Assembly (NCBI GenBank): GCA_963835775.1
Contig: CAWIHB010000012.1
Span: forward strand, 13,702 to 77,701
DNA length: 64,000 nucleotides
From: an uncultured Actinomycetes bacterium
Lineage (GTDB): Bacteria; Actinomycetota; Actinomycetes; Streptosporangiales; Streptosporangiaceae
Reading direction: 5' to 3'
A program made the position numbers and the translations under genes. Of this stretch, positions 38,306 through 47,078 are shown one piece after another. Under the pieces are notes generated by a model. It was given only the letters and a program-made list of their open reading frames with translations, did not search any database and was not told the origin of the DNA. How positions within the stretch are numbered: position 1 is the stretch's first letter; every line of letters starts with the position of its first letter.

Positions 38306-39274
38306 ATGACGGTCAGCGAGGATTTCACCAGTCTCACCGGCCGGTTCCGGGGTGAGCTGCTGGCGCACTGCTACCGGATGCTGGGCTCGGCCGAGGAAGC
38401 TGAGGACCTGGTCCAGGAGACGTTCCTGCGGGCCTGGCGGTCTTTTGACGCGTTCGAGGGCCGTTCGTCGGTGCGGACCTGGCTGTACCGGATCGCGACC
38501 AACGTGTGCCTGACCGCAATCGAGCGTCGCGGCCGGCGGCCGCTGCCGTCCGGGCTGGGCGCGCCGAGCGACAATCCGGAGGCGCCGCTGGTGGCGGGTA
38601 CGGAGGTGCCGTGGCTGCAGCCGCTGCCCGACGCGCTGCTGGCCGGGGAGCATGACGACCCGGCCGCGGTGACCGCGTCCCGGGCCGGCATCCGGCTGGC
38701 GTTCGTGGCGGCGCTGCAGTACCTGTCCGCCCGGCAGCGCGCCATGCTGATCATGCGGGACGTGCTGCAGTGGCCGGCCGCCGAGGTGGCGGACCTGCTG
38801 GGCACCACCACCACCGCGGTCAATAGCGGCCTGCGCCGGGCCCGGGCGCAACTGGCGGAGGCGCTGCCCGCCGAGGATGAGCTGGCTGAGCCGGCCGAGG
38901 CGGACCGGCGCGCACTGCTGGACCGGTTCGCCGCGGCCATCGAGAACGCCGACGCCCGCGCCCTGGCCGAGCTGCTGCGCGAGGACGTGGCGCTGGAAAT
39001 GCCACCGCAGCTGACCTGGTTCGCCGGCCGCCGGGCGGTAACCGGCTTCATCGCCTCGTACCTGTTCACCGGCCCTGGGCAGCTCCGGCTGGTGCCAGTC
39101 ATGACCAACGGGCAGGCCGCCTTCGCCGTCTACCGGCGCGAAGCCGACGGGACGTTTCATGCGCACGCGCTGCAGGTGCCCACGGCCACCGCGACGGGCA
39201 TCGCGCGGATCGTCGTGTTCCAGGACCCGAGCCTGTTCGGATCGCTCGGCCTGCCGCAGGTCTCCGGCCCTTAA
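38306..39274 (+). CDS. sigma-70 family factor with a SnoaL-like C-terminal domain (SigJ/TIGR02960-type)
   Basis: AEDLVQETFLRAWRSFDAFEGRSSVRTWLYRIATNVCL; LSARQRAMLIMRDVLQWPAAEVADLLGTTTTAVNSGLRRAR; about 130 aa C-terminal extension. Confidence 0.9.
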   Translation: MTVSEDFTSLTGRFRGELLAHCYRMLGSAEEAEDLVQETFLRAWRSFDAFEGRSSVRTWLYRIATNVCLTAIERRGRRPLPSGLGAPSDNPEAPLVAGTEVPWLQPLPDALLAGEHDDPAAVTASRAGIRLAFVAALQYLSARQRAMLIMRDVLQWPAAEVADLLGTTTTAVNSGLRRARAQLAEALPAEDELAEPAEADRRALLDRFAAAIENADARALAELLREDVALEMPPQLTWFAGRRAVTGFIASYLFTGPGQLRLVPVMTNGQAAFAVYRREADGTFHAHALQVPTATATGIARIVVFQDPSLFGSLGLPQVSGP

Positions 39275-39306
39275 GCGGAACGGAAAGGCATGGGGCTGGG
39301 CCGAGG

Positions 39307-40494
39307 TCATTCGTCGATGACCGGCACGGAAAACACCGGGCTGGTCATGATGTCCATCGGCTCGATCCGCATCAGGTCGTCCCTGCTCCGGCTCAGCTCC
39401 GGATCGCCGGCCAGCCGGTGGGCGTGCCGCAGCCGGGCCCGCTCCAGCTCGTTCCGGACGCTGCGGGCGTTGGCGAACCGGGGGTGCGCCATCCGTGCGG
39501 TCAGGTAGTCGCGGAAGGCCAGCTCGGCCGCATCCGACAGGTAATAGGACGACCGGTCCAGCATCCCCCGCCCGATGGCCACCAGCTCGTCGAGCTCGTA
39601 CGGGGCGAAGTCGAGGTGGTGCGCGATCCGCGAGCTCATGCCCGGGTTGCACTCGAAGAATTCGTCCATCCGGTCCTGGTAGCCGGCCAGGATGACCACC
39701 AGCTTGTCACGGTCGTTCTCCATGACCTGCAGCAGGATGTCGATGCACTCCTGGCCGTAGTCCTTGGAGTCGTGGGCCCGGTACAGGTAATACGCCTCGT
39801 CGATGAACAGGACCCCGCCCATGGCTTTCTCCAGGACGTGCTTCGTCTTGGGCGCGGTATGCCCGATGTACTCCCCGACCAGGTCGTCGCGCATGGCGTG
39901 GACCAGGTGGCCCTTTTCCAGATAGCCGAGCCGCCGCAGCATTTCCGCCATCTGCAGCGCCACCGTGGTCTTGCCGGTGCCTGGCGCGCCGGTGAAGCAC
40001 ATGTGCAGGTTCGGCCGCGGCGCATCGAGCCCGAACCGCTGCCTGACCCGGTCCACGAGCAGCAGCGCGGCGACCTCCTCGACCTTCTTCTTGACCGGGA
40101 CCAGGCCGACGAGCTCCTCGTTCAGCTTGGCGAAGACGTCATCGATGCCCGCGGCCGTGCGCTCGTCGGACAGGGTGACGGTGGCATCCGGGTGCAGGAT
40201 GTCGCCGCGCTTGCGGGCGCGAGCCTCGGCCCGGGCCGAACGGGCGCGCCCCTTCTCGTCGGCGCTGCCACTGACCCTGACCTTGGTCCGGGCCGGGCGG
40301 GAACCGGGCAGGTCACCCCGGCTGGCCTGGGTCCAGGAGTTCTTGACCAGTGCCATCATCACGATGCTGAGCAGGACGCAGACGACGACGGCGAAGATGA
40401 GGCGCGACAGGTAACTCCAGCTCAGAGCCAGGGCGACCATGATGCCCAACAGCACCATGCTAATTTTGAAATTTCTTACCGTAAAACCCATCAT
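39307..40494 (-). CDS. CbbX/SpoVK-type AAA+ ATPase with N-terminal membrane anchor
   Basis: Two N-terminal TM helices; LHMCFTGAPGTGKTTVA (Walker A), GGVLFIDEAYYLY (Walker B), VILAGYQDRMDEFFECNPGMSSRI. Confidence 0.85.
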   Translation of the reverse strand: MMGFTVRNFKISMVLLGIMVALALSWSYLSRLIFAVVVCVLLSIVMMALVKNSWTQASRGDLPGSRPARTKVRVSGSADEKGRARSARAEARARKRGDILHPDATVTLSDERTAAGIDDVFAKLNEELVGLVPVKKKVEEVAALLLVDRVRQRFGLDAPRPNLHMCFTGAPGTGKTTVALQMAEMLRRLGYLEKGHLVHAMRDDLVGEYIGHTAPKTKHVLEKAMGGVLFIDEAYYLYRAHDSKDYGQECIDILLQVMENDRDKLVVILAGYQDRMDEFFECNPGMSSRIAHHLDFAPYELDELVAIGRGMLDRSSYYLSDAAELAFRDYLTARMAHPRFANARSVRNELERARLRHAHRLAGDPELSRSRDDLMRIEPMDIMTSPVFSVPVIDE

Positions 40495-40575
40495 GGTGGA
40501 AAGGAGGGTAACCAGCGCATCTGTCGCAGGTCAAGCGCGGGGTGACCGGGCCCAGGGACCGGCAATCGCAGGTGG

Positions 40576-41961
40576 CTAATGCGGGATACCCGAGATCATG
40601 TCACCCGCCCGGGCCAGCAGCGAGGTCCGGCCGGAACGGCCCGCGGCTTCCAGCCGGTCCGCCGTCCGGTACAGCGCGTACAGGCCGTGCACGCCGGCCC
40701 AGCGCGCGGGCTCGGGTTCCCAGCGGGGCGAGCGGTGGCCGACCCAGGGCAGGGTGGTGAGCGGGCTGGGCACCCCGCGGACCAGGTCGGCGAGCGTGCG
40801 CCCGGCCAGGTTGGCCGCGGCCACCCCGTGGCCCGAGTAGCCGCCCGCCCAGCCCAGGCCGGTGCGCAGGTCCATCATGACCGTGGCGCACCAGTCCCTG
40901 GGCACCCCGAGCACCCCGCACCAGGCGTGGTCCAGGCCCGCCTCGGCGGCCGCCGGGAACATGCGGCGCAGGATCCGGCCCAGCTGGGCCATTGTCGAGC
41001 CGGCGATCGCGCCGTCCTGATCGAGCCCGGAGCCGAACCGGTACGGGACGCCGCGCCCGCCCAGCGCGATCCGGCCGTCCGCGGTGCGCTGAGCGTAGAT
41101 ATAGGCGTGCGCCTCGTCGCCGAGCGTCTCGCAGCCGTCCCAGCCGATGGATTTCCAGGCCGACTCGGACAGCGGCCCGGTGACGATCATGGAGCTGTTC
41201 ATCGGCAGCAGCGTGCGGTGCTGGCCGGGCAGGCCCGCGGTGAACCCTTCGGTGCAGCGCAGCACGAACGGCGCGCGCACGTCGCCCGCGCCGGTGCGGG
41301 CGACGCCGGCCGAGATCGACCGCACCGGCGTGCCTTCGTACAGCTGGACCCCGGCGCCGGCCACCACCTCGGCCAGGCCCGCGGCCAGGCTGGCCGGCTG
41401 CACCCGGGCGCAGTCCGGCCAGTACAGGGCGCCGACGGCCCCGGTCACCTGCAATCTGGCCGCCAGTTCCTCTTTTTCCAGATACCGAACGATCCGTGGC
41501 CCGTCACCCCAGGAACGTTCCTGCTCCAGGCGCTGGCGCAGCCGGGCGTCCTGGGCCGCCGAAGTGGCCACGCTCAGCGTGCCGCCCTTGACCAGGCCGG
41601 CGTCGATGCCCTCGGCCTGGCAGACCCGGGCCACCTCGTCCACGGTCTCGCGCAGCTGCTGCTCGAGCTCGCGGACGCCCGCCCGGCCCGGGGGACGCCG
41701 GGCGTAGCGGTCCCGGGATCCGGGCAGGGTGGCGGTGACCCAGCCGCCGTTGCGGCCCGAGGCGCCGTAGCCGGCGAAGTGCTGCTCGAGCACCACCACC
41801 CGCAGGCCCGGGTCGGCTCGGCTGAGGTAGTAGGCGGTCCACAGGCCGGTATACCCCGCGCCCACGATGCAGACGTCAGCGTCGGTGCTGCCGGGCAGCG
41901 ACGGCCGCCGGGGCGGCAGCCCGCGGGCCTGCCACCAGAACGACACGTCCCCGTTTCGCAT
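40576..41961 (-). CDS. FAD-dependent oxidoreductase (DAO family)
   Basis: ATG checked at 41961; DADVCIVGAGYTGLWTAYYL...GASGRNGG. Confidence 0.85.
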   Translation of the reverse strand: MRNGDVSFWWQARGLPPRRPSLPGSTDADVCIVGAGYTGLWTAYYLSRADPGLRVVVLEQHFAGYGASGRNGGWVTATLPGSRDRYARRPPGRAGVRELEQQLRETVDEVARVCQAEGIDAGLVKGGTLSVATSAAQDARLRQRLEQERSWGDGPRIVRYLEKEELAARLQVTGAVGALYWPDCARVQPASLAAGLAEVVAGAGVQLYEGTPVRSISAGVARTGAGDVRAPFVLRCTEGFTAGLPGQHRTLLPMNSSMIVTGPLSESAWKSIGWDGCETLGDEAHAYIYAQRTADGRIALGGRGVPYRFGSGLDQDGAIAGSTMAQLGRILRRMFPAAAEAGLDHAWCGVLGVPRDWCATVMMDLRTGLGWAGGYSGHGVAAANLAGRTLADLVRGVPSPLTTLPWVGHRSPRWEPEPARWAGVHGLYALYRTADRLEAAGRSGRTSLLARAGDMISGIPH

Positions 41962-42083
41962 CCGCCCGCCTCCGCCGTCCGGGGTGCTCGCACCACGGTT
42001 CGTTCGGCATAAAAATTACCTGAACCCCCGGCAAAGGGGCTCACCAGACCTCTTCGCGACACTGGCAGGGTAGCGTCTGGGGT

Positions 42084-43029
42084 ATGCGACTTGGGGTCCT
42101 GGACGTGGGGTCCAACACGATCCACCTGCTGGTGGTTGATGCCTATCAGGGCGCCCGGCCCATGCCCGCCTTCTCCCACAAGGCCGAGCTGAGGCTCGCG
42201 GCCCAGCTGGACAACGGCAGCGCGCTGTCCGGCCGGGGGGAGCGCAGCCTGCGCGAGGTGGTAGAGGAGGCGCTGCGCATCGCCGAGGACAAGGGGGTCG
42301 AGGACCTCATCGCGTTCGCCACCTCGGCCGTCCGCGAAGCCAAGAACGGCGAGCAGGTGCTGGCCAGGATCCTGGAGCAGACCGGAGCGCAGATCACCGT
42401 GATGACCGGCCACGAGGAGGCGCGGCTCACGTTCCTGGCCGCCCGCCGGTGGTTCGGCTGGTCCTCGGGCCGCCTGCTGGTCATCGACATCGGCGGCGGG
42501 TCGCTCGAGGTGGCCTCGGGCATCGATGAACTGGCCGACGCCGTGGCCTCCCTGCCGCTCGGCGGCCTGGCTGACCAGGGACTGGCTGAGCGGCGACCCG
42601 CCGTCCGCGGCCGAGGTGCGGCGGCTGCGCAAGCATGTGCGGGCGGAGATCGCCCGGGTGACCGGCGGCATGCTGCGCCAGGGCCCGCCAGATCACGTGG
42701 TGGGCACGTCCAAGACGTTCCGGCAGCTGGCCAGGATCGCCGGCGCGGCCCCGTCCGGCGAGGGCCCGTACGTCAAGCGGGTGCTGCGGCACGCCGACGT
42801 GGCCGCCCTGGCCGAGCGCCTGCCCGCCATGTCCCAGGCCGAACGGGTCAAGCTGCCCGGTGTCTCGGCCAGCCGGGTGGCGCAGCTTCCGGCCGGCGCC
42901 ATCGTGGCCGACGCCATCCTGGACCTGCTGGCCGTTGATCAGATCGAGCTGTGCCCGTGGGCGTTGCGCGAAGGCGTCATCCTGCGGCGCCTGGACATGC
43001 TGGCCCAGGGCCTGGGCGACGCCGAATAA
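42084..43029 (+). pseudogene. Ppx/GppA family phosphatase with an apparent 1-nt deletion near 42561-42566
   Basis: [20 protein letters not shown]...[13 protein letters not shown]...SLPLG in ORF 42084..42938; the conserved continuation [26 protein letters not shown]...CPWALREGVIL is in ORF 42526..43029. Confidence 0.75.
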
Positions 43030-43033
43030 AAAG

Positions 43034-43070
43034 AGGGGTGCGGCACTCTGGCTTCCAGTGCCGCACCCCT
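43034..43070. terminator. bidirectional stem-loop between convergent ppx and the DivIVA-domain gene
   Basis: ggggtgcggcact (43035-43047) pairs perfectly with agtgccgcacccc (43057-43069), 9-nt loop. Confidence 0.65.
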
Positions 43071-43086
43071 GAATGCTGCCGGGATC

Positions 43087-44139
43087 CTAGTTGTCGCTGC
43101 CTGGCATGACCCGGACGCCGTTGGTGGGCTTCTCGTCGGAGTCGATGACGACGGCCCGGACCGGACTGCGCTTGTCCTCGGCCGGCTGAGCCGGGGACTG
43201 CGGTGCGCTGGCCGGGGCGGGACGCGCCGGTGCGGTGCTGGCCAGCGGCTGGGTGGCGGTCCGCGGCGTCGCGGCGCCCGCCGCACCGCCCGGAGCCCCA
43301 GAACCTCCTGGACCCGCAGACCCGCCGGAAGCAGACGGCCCTTTCGCCCCAGCCGGGGCCGGGCGCGCGCTATCGCCCGCCGCGTGCGCGGCAATCGTCT
43401 TGGCCGTGTTCTGCTCGACCTCATCCTCCAGCGACAGCCGGGCGGCCTCCGCGGTGACCAGCGAGGACACACCGTCCAGGATGTCGGTCAGCCGCTTGAT
43501 GGTCTCCGCGTGCCTGGTGGACAGCAGGCTCAGCCGCCGCTCGGCGCCGTCGTGGATGGCGGTGGCCCGGGCCGTGGCCTCGTCCAGCGCCTTCTTGGCC
43601 TGCGCCTTCGCGCCCGCCAGCACGGTCTCGGACCTCTTCTTGGCGTCGGAGGTGGTCTGCTCCGCCTCGGCGCGGGCGGCGTTGACCGTCTTCTCCGCCT
43701 CGGCCCGCGCGGAGGTGATGGCCCGCTCGGCCTGCTCCTGGGCCGCGGTCAGCATTCGCTCGGCCTGCTCGCGGGCCTCGGCGCGGGCCTTGTCCGCCTC
43801 CTGCTGCGCGTCATTCCGCTGCCGGGCGATGTCCTCGTGGGCCTTGGTCTTCTGCGACCGGGCCTCGTCGTCGGCCAGCTTGAGGATCTGGGAGATGCGC
43901 TCGCTGACTTCCTCGTGCGCGGGCTTGGCCCCGAGCGCCTGCTGGCGCGCGGTGCTCAGATCGCGCTGGAGTTCTTCACGCTCGTCAAGGGCACGGGCCA
44001 ATCGCTGCTCTAGGTCCCGGATCTGGCTGCGGCACCGGGCGATGAACTCGTCCACCTGGCGGCGGCTGTACCCGCGCATCTGCATTTCGAAGGCGTCTTC
44101 GTGGGCGAGGTTCGGCAGGAGATCACTGTTGTCATTCAT
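43087..44139 (-). CDS. DivIVA domain-containing protein (coiled-coil, Ala/Pro-rich tail)
   Basis: FEMQMRGYSRRQVDEFIARCRSQIRDLEQRL, then a long AEAE-rich coiled coil. Confidence 0.85.
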   Translation of the reverse strand: MNDNSDLLPNLAHEDAFEMQMRGYSRRQVDEFIARCRSQIRDLEQRLARALDEREELQRDLSTARQQALGAKPAHEEVSERISQILKLADDEARSQKTKAHEDIARQRNDAQQEADKARAEAREQAERMLTAAQEQAERAITSARAEAEKTVNAARAEAEQTTSDAKKRSETVLAGAKAQAKKALDEATARATAIHDGAERRLSLLSTRHAETIKRLTDILDGVSSLVTAEAARLSLEDEVEQNTAKTIAAHAAGDSARPAPAGAKGPSASGGSAGPGGSGAPGGAAGAATPRTATQPLASTAPARPAPASAPQSPAQPAEDKRSPVRAVVIDSDEKPTNGVRVMPGSDN

Positions 44140-44543
44140 GGCTTTCCGAGATCAGTAGTCCGTGATAAGCGGAATGAACGTCCGGAGGCTAGCGGTGCTA
44201 GTGAGGCGCAGCACCGTCTAGCTTACCGACGGGACCGCTGCTTCTGCAGCATGCGTGCTCAGGACGCGGGTGGGCAGGGAATACGAGCATGACTCTTGTC
44301 GGTATCACCCCTCCGCGCAACCGAAACGAACTAGTGTCCCTTTTTATCCTAATCTGTGCCTGTATAGGCAATGTTGCGGCATGTGAGCGGTTCGGTTCGA
44401 GATGCCGGTGTGACGCGTGTGGCGTGTATTACCTGATTGATGGCAACTGCATGGCAGAATACCGGAATCGTTACCGCCTGGCTGGGTAAAACCGCACGTG
44501 AAGGTGGTAGGCGAATGGCCCTGATGGGTCATGCGGAGGAGCA

Positions 44544-44756
44544 GTGTCGGCACGTAACCTGGGCCCCAAGCGAACGGAGTCGCGATCGACGCCGGAGGTG
44601 AGCACGATTCCCAGGCAGTTGGACCTTCGTGTTCACGACCGCGTTGCCCTGGATGAGATAGAGCTCTACGCCGAGGTGCTGAGCGCGGTGGCGGCCACCG
44701 ACCGGCCGCTGACTCCCGCGGAACTCGACGAAGCCCTGGGCATCAGCAGCAGCTAG
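44544..44756 (+). CDS. small conserved hypothetical protein, 70 aa
   Basis: ggagga RBS + GTG 44544; MSARNLGPKRTESRS...RVALDEIELYAEVLSAVAATDRPLTPAELDEALG. Confidence 0.55.
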   Translation: MSARNLGPKRTESRSTPEVSTIPRQLDLRVHDRVALDEIELYAEVLSAVAATDRPLTPAELDEALGISSS

Positions 44757-44802
44757 CCCCGCCGCAGCTAGCCCCGCCGCAGCTAGCCCCGCCGCAGCTA
44801 GC
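44751..44802. repeat. 15-bp tandem repeat agctagccccgccgc x3.5
   Basis: Units at 44751, 44766 and 44781, plus a partial unit at 44796. The palindromic gctagc supplies the TAG of the + ORF (44754) and the TAG of mshD on the - strand (44798-44800). Confidence 0.9.
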
Positions 44803-45748
44803 ACTGCCGGTACATCGCGTCGGTCCGGTAGCGGGTGAAACCTAGGCTCTCGTACATCCTGATCGCGGGCACGTTGTCTTCGTCGACGTACAGCACGGCC
44901 TGGGCCAGGCCGCGGTCGCGCAGGTAGCCCAGCCCGGCCAGGGTCAGCGCCCGGCCGAGACCGGTGCCGCGCTGGCCCGGGTCCACCCCGACCACGTAGA
45001 CCTCGCCGAGGCCGGCGGGCGCGCCCGCCGGCCCGCTGACCTTGGTCCAGTGGAAGCCGGTCATGACCCCGTCCCGCTCGGCGATGAAGAAGCCCGCCGG
45101 GTCGAACCACGGCTCCCGCTCGCGCAGTTCGAGGTCATGCCGCGTCCAGGCGCCCTGTTCCGGGTGCTTGGCGAAGGCCCGGGCGTTCAGGCCGAGCCAT
45201 TCTTCCTCGTCCTGACCCGGGCGGAACGTGCGCAGCGTACTGCCCGCCGGGAAAGCGGGCGGGTCCAGCGGGCCCGTCAGCGGCCGGCGCATCTGCCACA
45301 GGGCGCGGAAGCGCTCGAAGCCGGCCGCCCGGGCCAGCCGCCCGGCCGCGGGCAGGTCGCCGTGCGCCCACAGCTGGACCTGGTGGCCGTCCGCCTCGGC
45401 GGTCAGCGCGTCCACCAGGGCCAGGCCGAGGCCGTGGCCACGGTGCCGCGGGTGAATGACCAGCTCGCCGCTCAGGTCGCGCGCCGGGGTGTTCGCGTCC
45501 ACGTGGGCGTAGCCGGCCAGCTCGCCCTGCGCCGTGGTCAGGACCAGGTCACGGTCGGTGCCCTGGCCGGCGCTCGGGCTGGCGCTGCCTCCGGCGGCAG
45601 CCGTCCCGGCGTCGTAGCGCAGGTGCAGCAGCGCGTGCTCGGACAGCGGCGCCACCCCGTCGGCGGCTTCGGCCGCATCGGCCAGGGCCAGGGCCTCGGC
45701 CACCTGGGCCGAAGTGAGCCTGCCGCCGGTGATCGACCACTGGCTCAT
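44798..45748 (-). CDS. mshD: mycothiol synthase (two-GNAT-domain acetyltransferase)
   Basis: 316 aa; IHPRHRGHGLGLALVDAL and VDPGQRGTGLGRALTLAGLGYL GNAT motifs; synteny with glnR and the pst locus as in other actinomycetes. Confidence 0.8.
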   Translation of the reverse strand: MSQWSITGGRLTSAQVAEALALADAAEAADGVAPLSEHALLHLRYDAGTAAAGGSASPSAGQGTDRDLVLTTAQGELAGYAHVDANTPARDLSGELVIHPRHRGHGLGLALVDALTAEADGHQVQLWAHGDLPAAGRLARAAGFERFRALWQMRRPLTGPLDPPAFPAGSTLRTFRPGQDEEEWLGLNARAFAKHPEQGAWTRHDLELREREPWFDPAGFFIAERDGVMTGFHWTKVSGPAGAPAGLGEVYVVGVDPGQRGTGLGRALTLAGLGYLRDRGLAQAVLYVDEDNVPAIRMYESLGFTRYRTDAMYRQC

Positions 45749-45772
45749 GGGCGGTCGGTCACCCCCGGCGGG

Positions 45773-46555
45773 TCATCGGGCCGCGGCCCGGGCCTGGACC
45801 CTCTGGACCCCCTGGACCCCCTGGGCGCCTTGGGCCGGCCGGGCGCCCGCGGGCCTGGCCCGCTCGTCGCCGGCCCGCTCGCTCTTGACCGGGACGAAGC
45901 GGTAGCCGACGTTGCGCACGGTGCCGATCAGTGCCTCGTGCTCGGGGCCAAGCTTGGCCCGCAGCCGCCGGACGTGCACGTCCACCGTGCGGGTGCCGCC
46001 GAAGTAGTCGTAGCCCCAGACCTCCTGCAGCAGCTGGGCCCGGGTGAAGACCCGGCCCGGGTGCTGGGCCAGGAACTTGAGCAGCTCGAACTCCTTGAAG
46101 GTCAGGTCGAGCACCCGGCCGCGCAGCCGGGCCGCGTAGGTGGCCTCGTCGATGGCCAGCTCACCGGAGCGGATCTCGTCCGGGGCGTCGGCCACCGCCG
46201 CCTGGGCGCGCCGCCCGATGGCCAGCCTGACCCGGGCCTCGACCTCGGCCGGTCCCGCGGTGGCCAGGATCACGTCGTCCACGCCCCACTCCGCGTTCAT
46301 CGCGGCCAGCCCGCCCTCGGTCACGATGGCGAACAGCGGGCAGTCCAGGCCGGTAGTATGCAGCAGCCTGCAGATGCTCTTCGCGTGCGCCAGGTCCCGC
46401 CGCGCGTCGACCAGTACGGCGTCGGCCGGAGGCGCCTCGACCAGGGCGGACGCGTCGGCGGGGAGCACGCGGACCGGGTGCAGCAGCAGCCCCAGGGCGG
46501 GCAGCACTTCCGCGGACGGCTCGAGCACGCTGGTGATCAGCAGCAGGTCGCTCAC
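45773..46555 (-). CDS. glnR: orphan OmpR-family nitrogen regulator GlnR
   Basis: [30 protein letters not shown]...[34 protein letters not shown]...[72 protein letters not shown] closely matches my recollection of Streptomyces GlnR. Confidence 0.8.
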   Translation of the reverse strand: MSDLLLITSVLEPSAEVLPALGLLLHPVRVLPADASALVEAPPADAVLVDARRDLAHAKSICRLLHTTGLDCPLFAIVTEGGLAAMNAEWGVDDVILATAGPAEVEARVRLAIGRRAQAAVADAPDEIRSGELAIDEATYAARLRGRVLDLTFKEFELLKFLAQHPGRVFTRAQLLQEVWGYDYFGGTRTVDVHVRRLRAKLGPEHEALIGTVRNVGYRFVPVKSERAGDERARPAGARPAQGAQGVQGVQRVQARAAAR

Positions 46556-46663
46556 CCGGCAGCACCTCCACTAGCTGGTGCGGTCGCACCTTCGGAACTT
46601 GTATAAACGAACAAGGACCCGGGGGCAACACCGCCCGGGTCCGCTAAGAAGAGGATAACTCAT

Positions 46664-46924
46664 ATGGCCGAAGTGACAATCCAGTACTGGGCCGCGGCCA
46701 AGGAGGCGGCCGGCGTGGCCCAGGAGTCGGTCGAGGCGGGCACGCTGGCCGAGGCGCTGGCCGAGGTGGTGGCCCGCCGGGCCGGTGACGGGCGGCTGCG
46801 GGCCGTCCTGGCCACCTCATCGTTCCTGGTTGACGGCGTGGCCGCGGGCCGCGGGATGGCCGCCGACCTGATCCTGCCCGACGCGGCCCGGATCGAGGTC
46901 CTGCCGCAGTTCGCCGGAGGGTAA
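46664..46924 (+). CDS. moaD: MoaD/ThiS family sulfur-carrier protein
   Basis: 86 aa ending ...IEVLPQFAGG (C-terminal Gly-Gly). Confidence 0.8.
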   Translation: MAEVTIQYWAAAKEAAGVAQESVEAGTLAEALAEVVARRAGDGRLRAVLATSSFLVDGVAAGRGMAADLILPDAARIEVLPQFAGG

Positions 46925-46988
46925 TACAGACGAAAGCTAAGCCGGGTGGGCATCGGTGGTCGGATAGGGCACACTGTGTGGATAGCGG

Positions 46989-47078
46989 CCTTACCGTGAG
47001 CAAGTCCTTACCGTGAGCAAGCCCCTTACCTTGAGCAAGCCCTAACCTTGAGCAAGCGCTGAGCAAGCCTGAGTGAGT
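46989..47078. repeat. degenerating 17-18-bp tandem array ccttaccKtgagcaagYc x4, then ctgagcaagc / ctgagtgagt
   Basis: Units at 46989, 47006, 47024, 47041, 47059 and 47069. The last units run into the GTG/ATG start of the ECF sigma gene (gtgagtatgagccag). Confidence 0.85.

Noticed and set aside
36359-42012. Very long ORFs antisense to real genes (36359..38026, 38078..39652, 40579..42012; likewise 3958..5193, 57061..58272, 60583..61806, 62761..63903)
   Set aside because: Their translations are Arg/Pro/Gly/His-rich low-complexity strings. They mirror the high GC3 of the genuine gene on the other strand, each of which has clear family motifs.
44290-44480. GlnR boxes (gTnAc-n6-GaAAc) near glnR, e.g. 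gcaac-cgaaac and gttac...ggtaaaac
   Set aside because: The half-sites have the wrong spacing and orientation and there are only partial matches. This is not distinguishable from chance.
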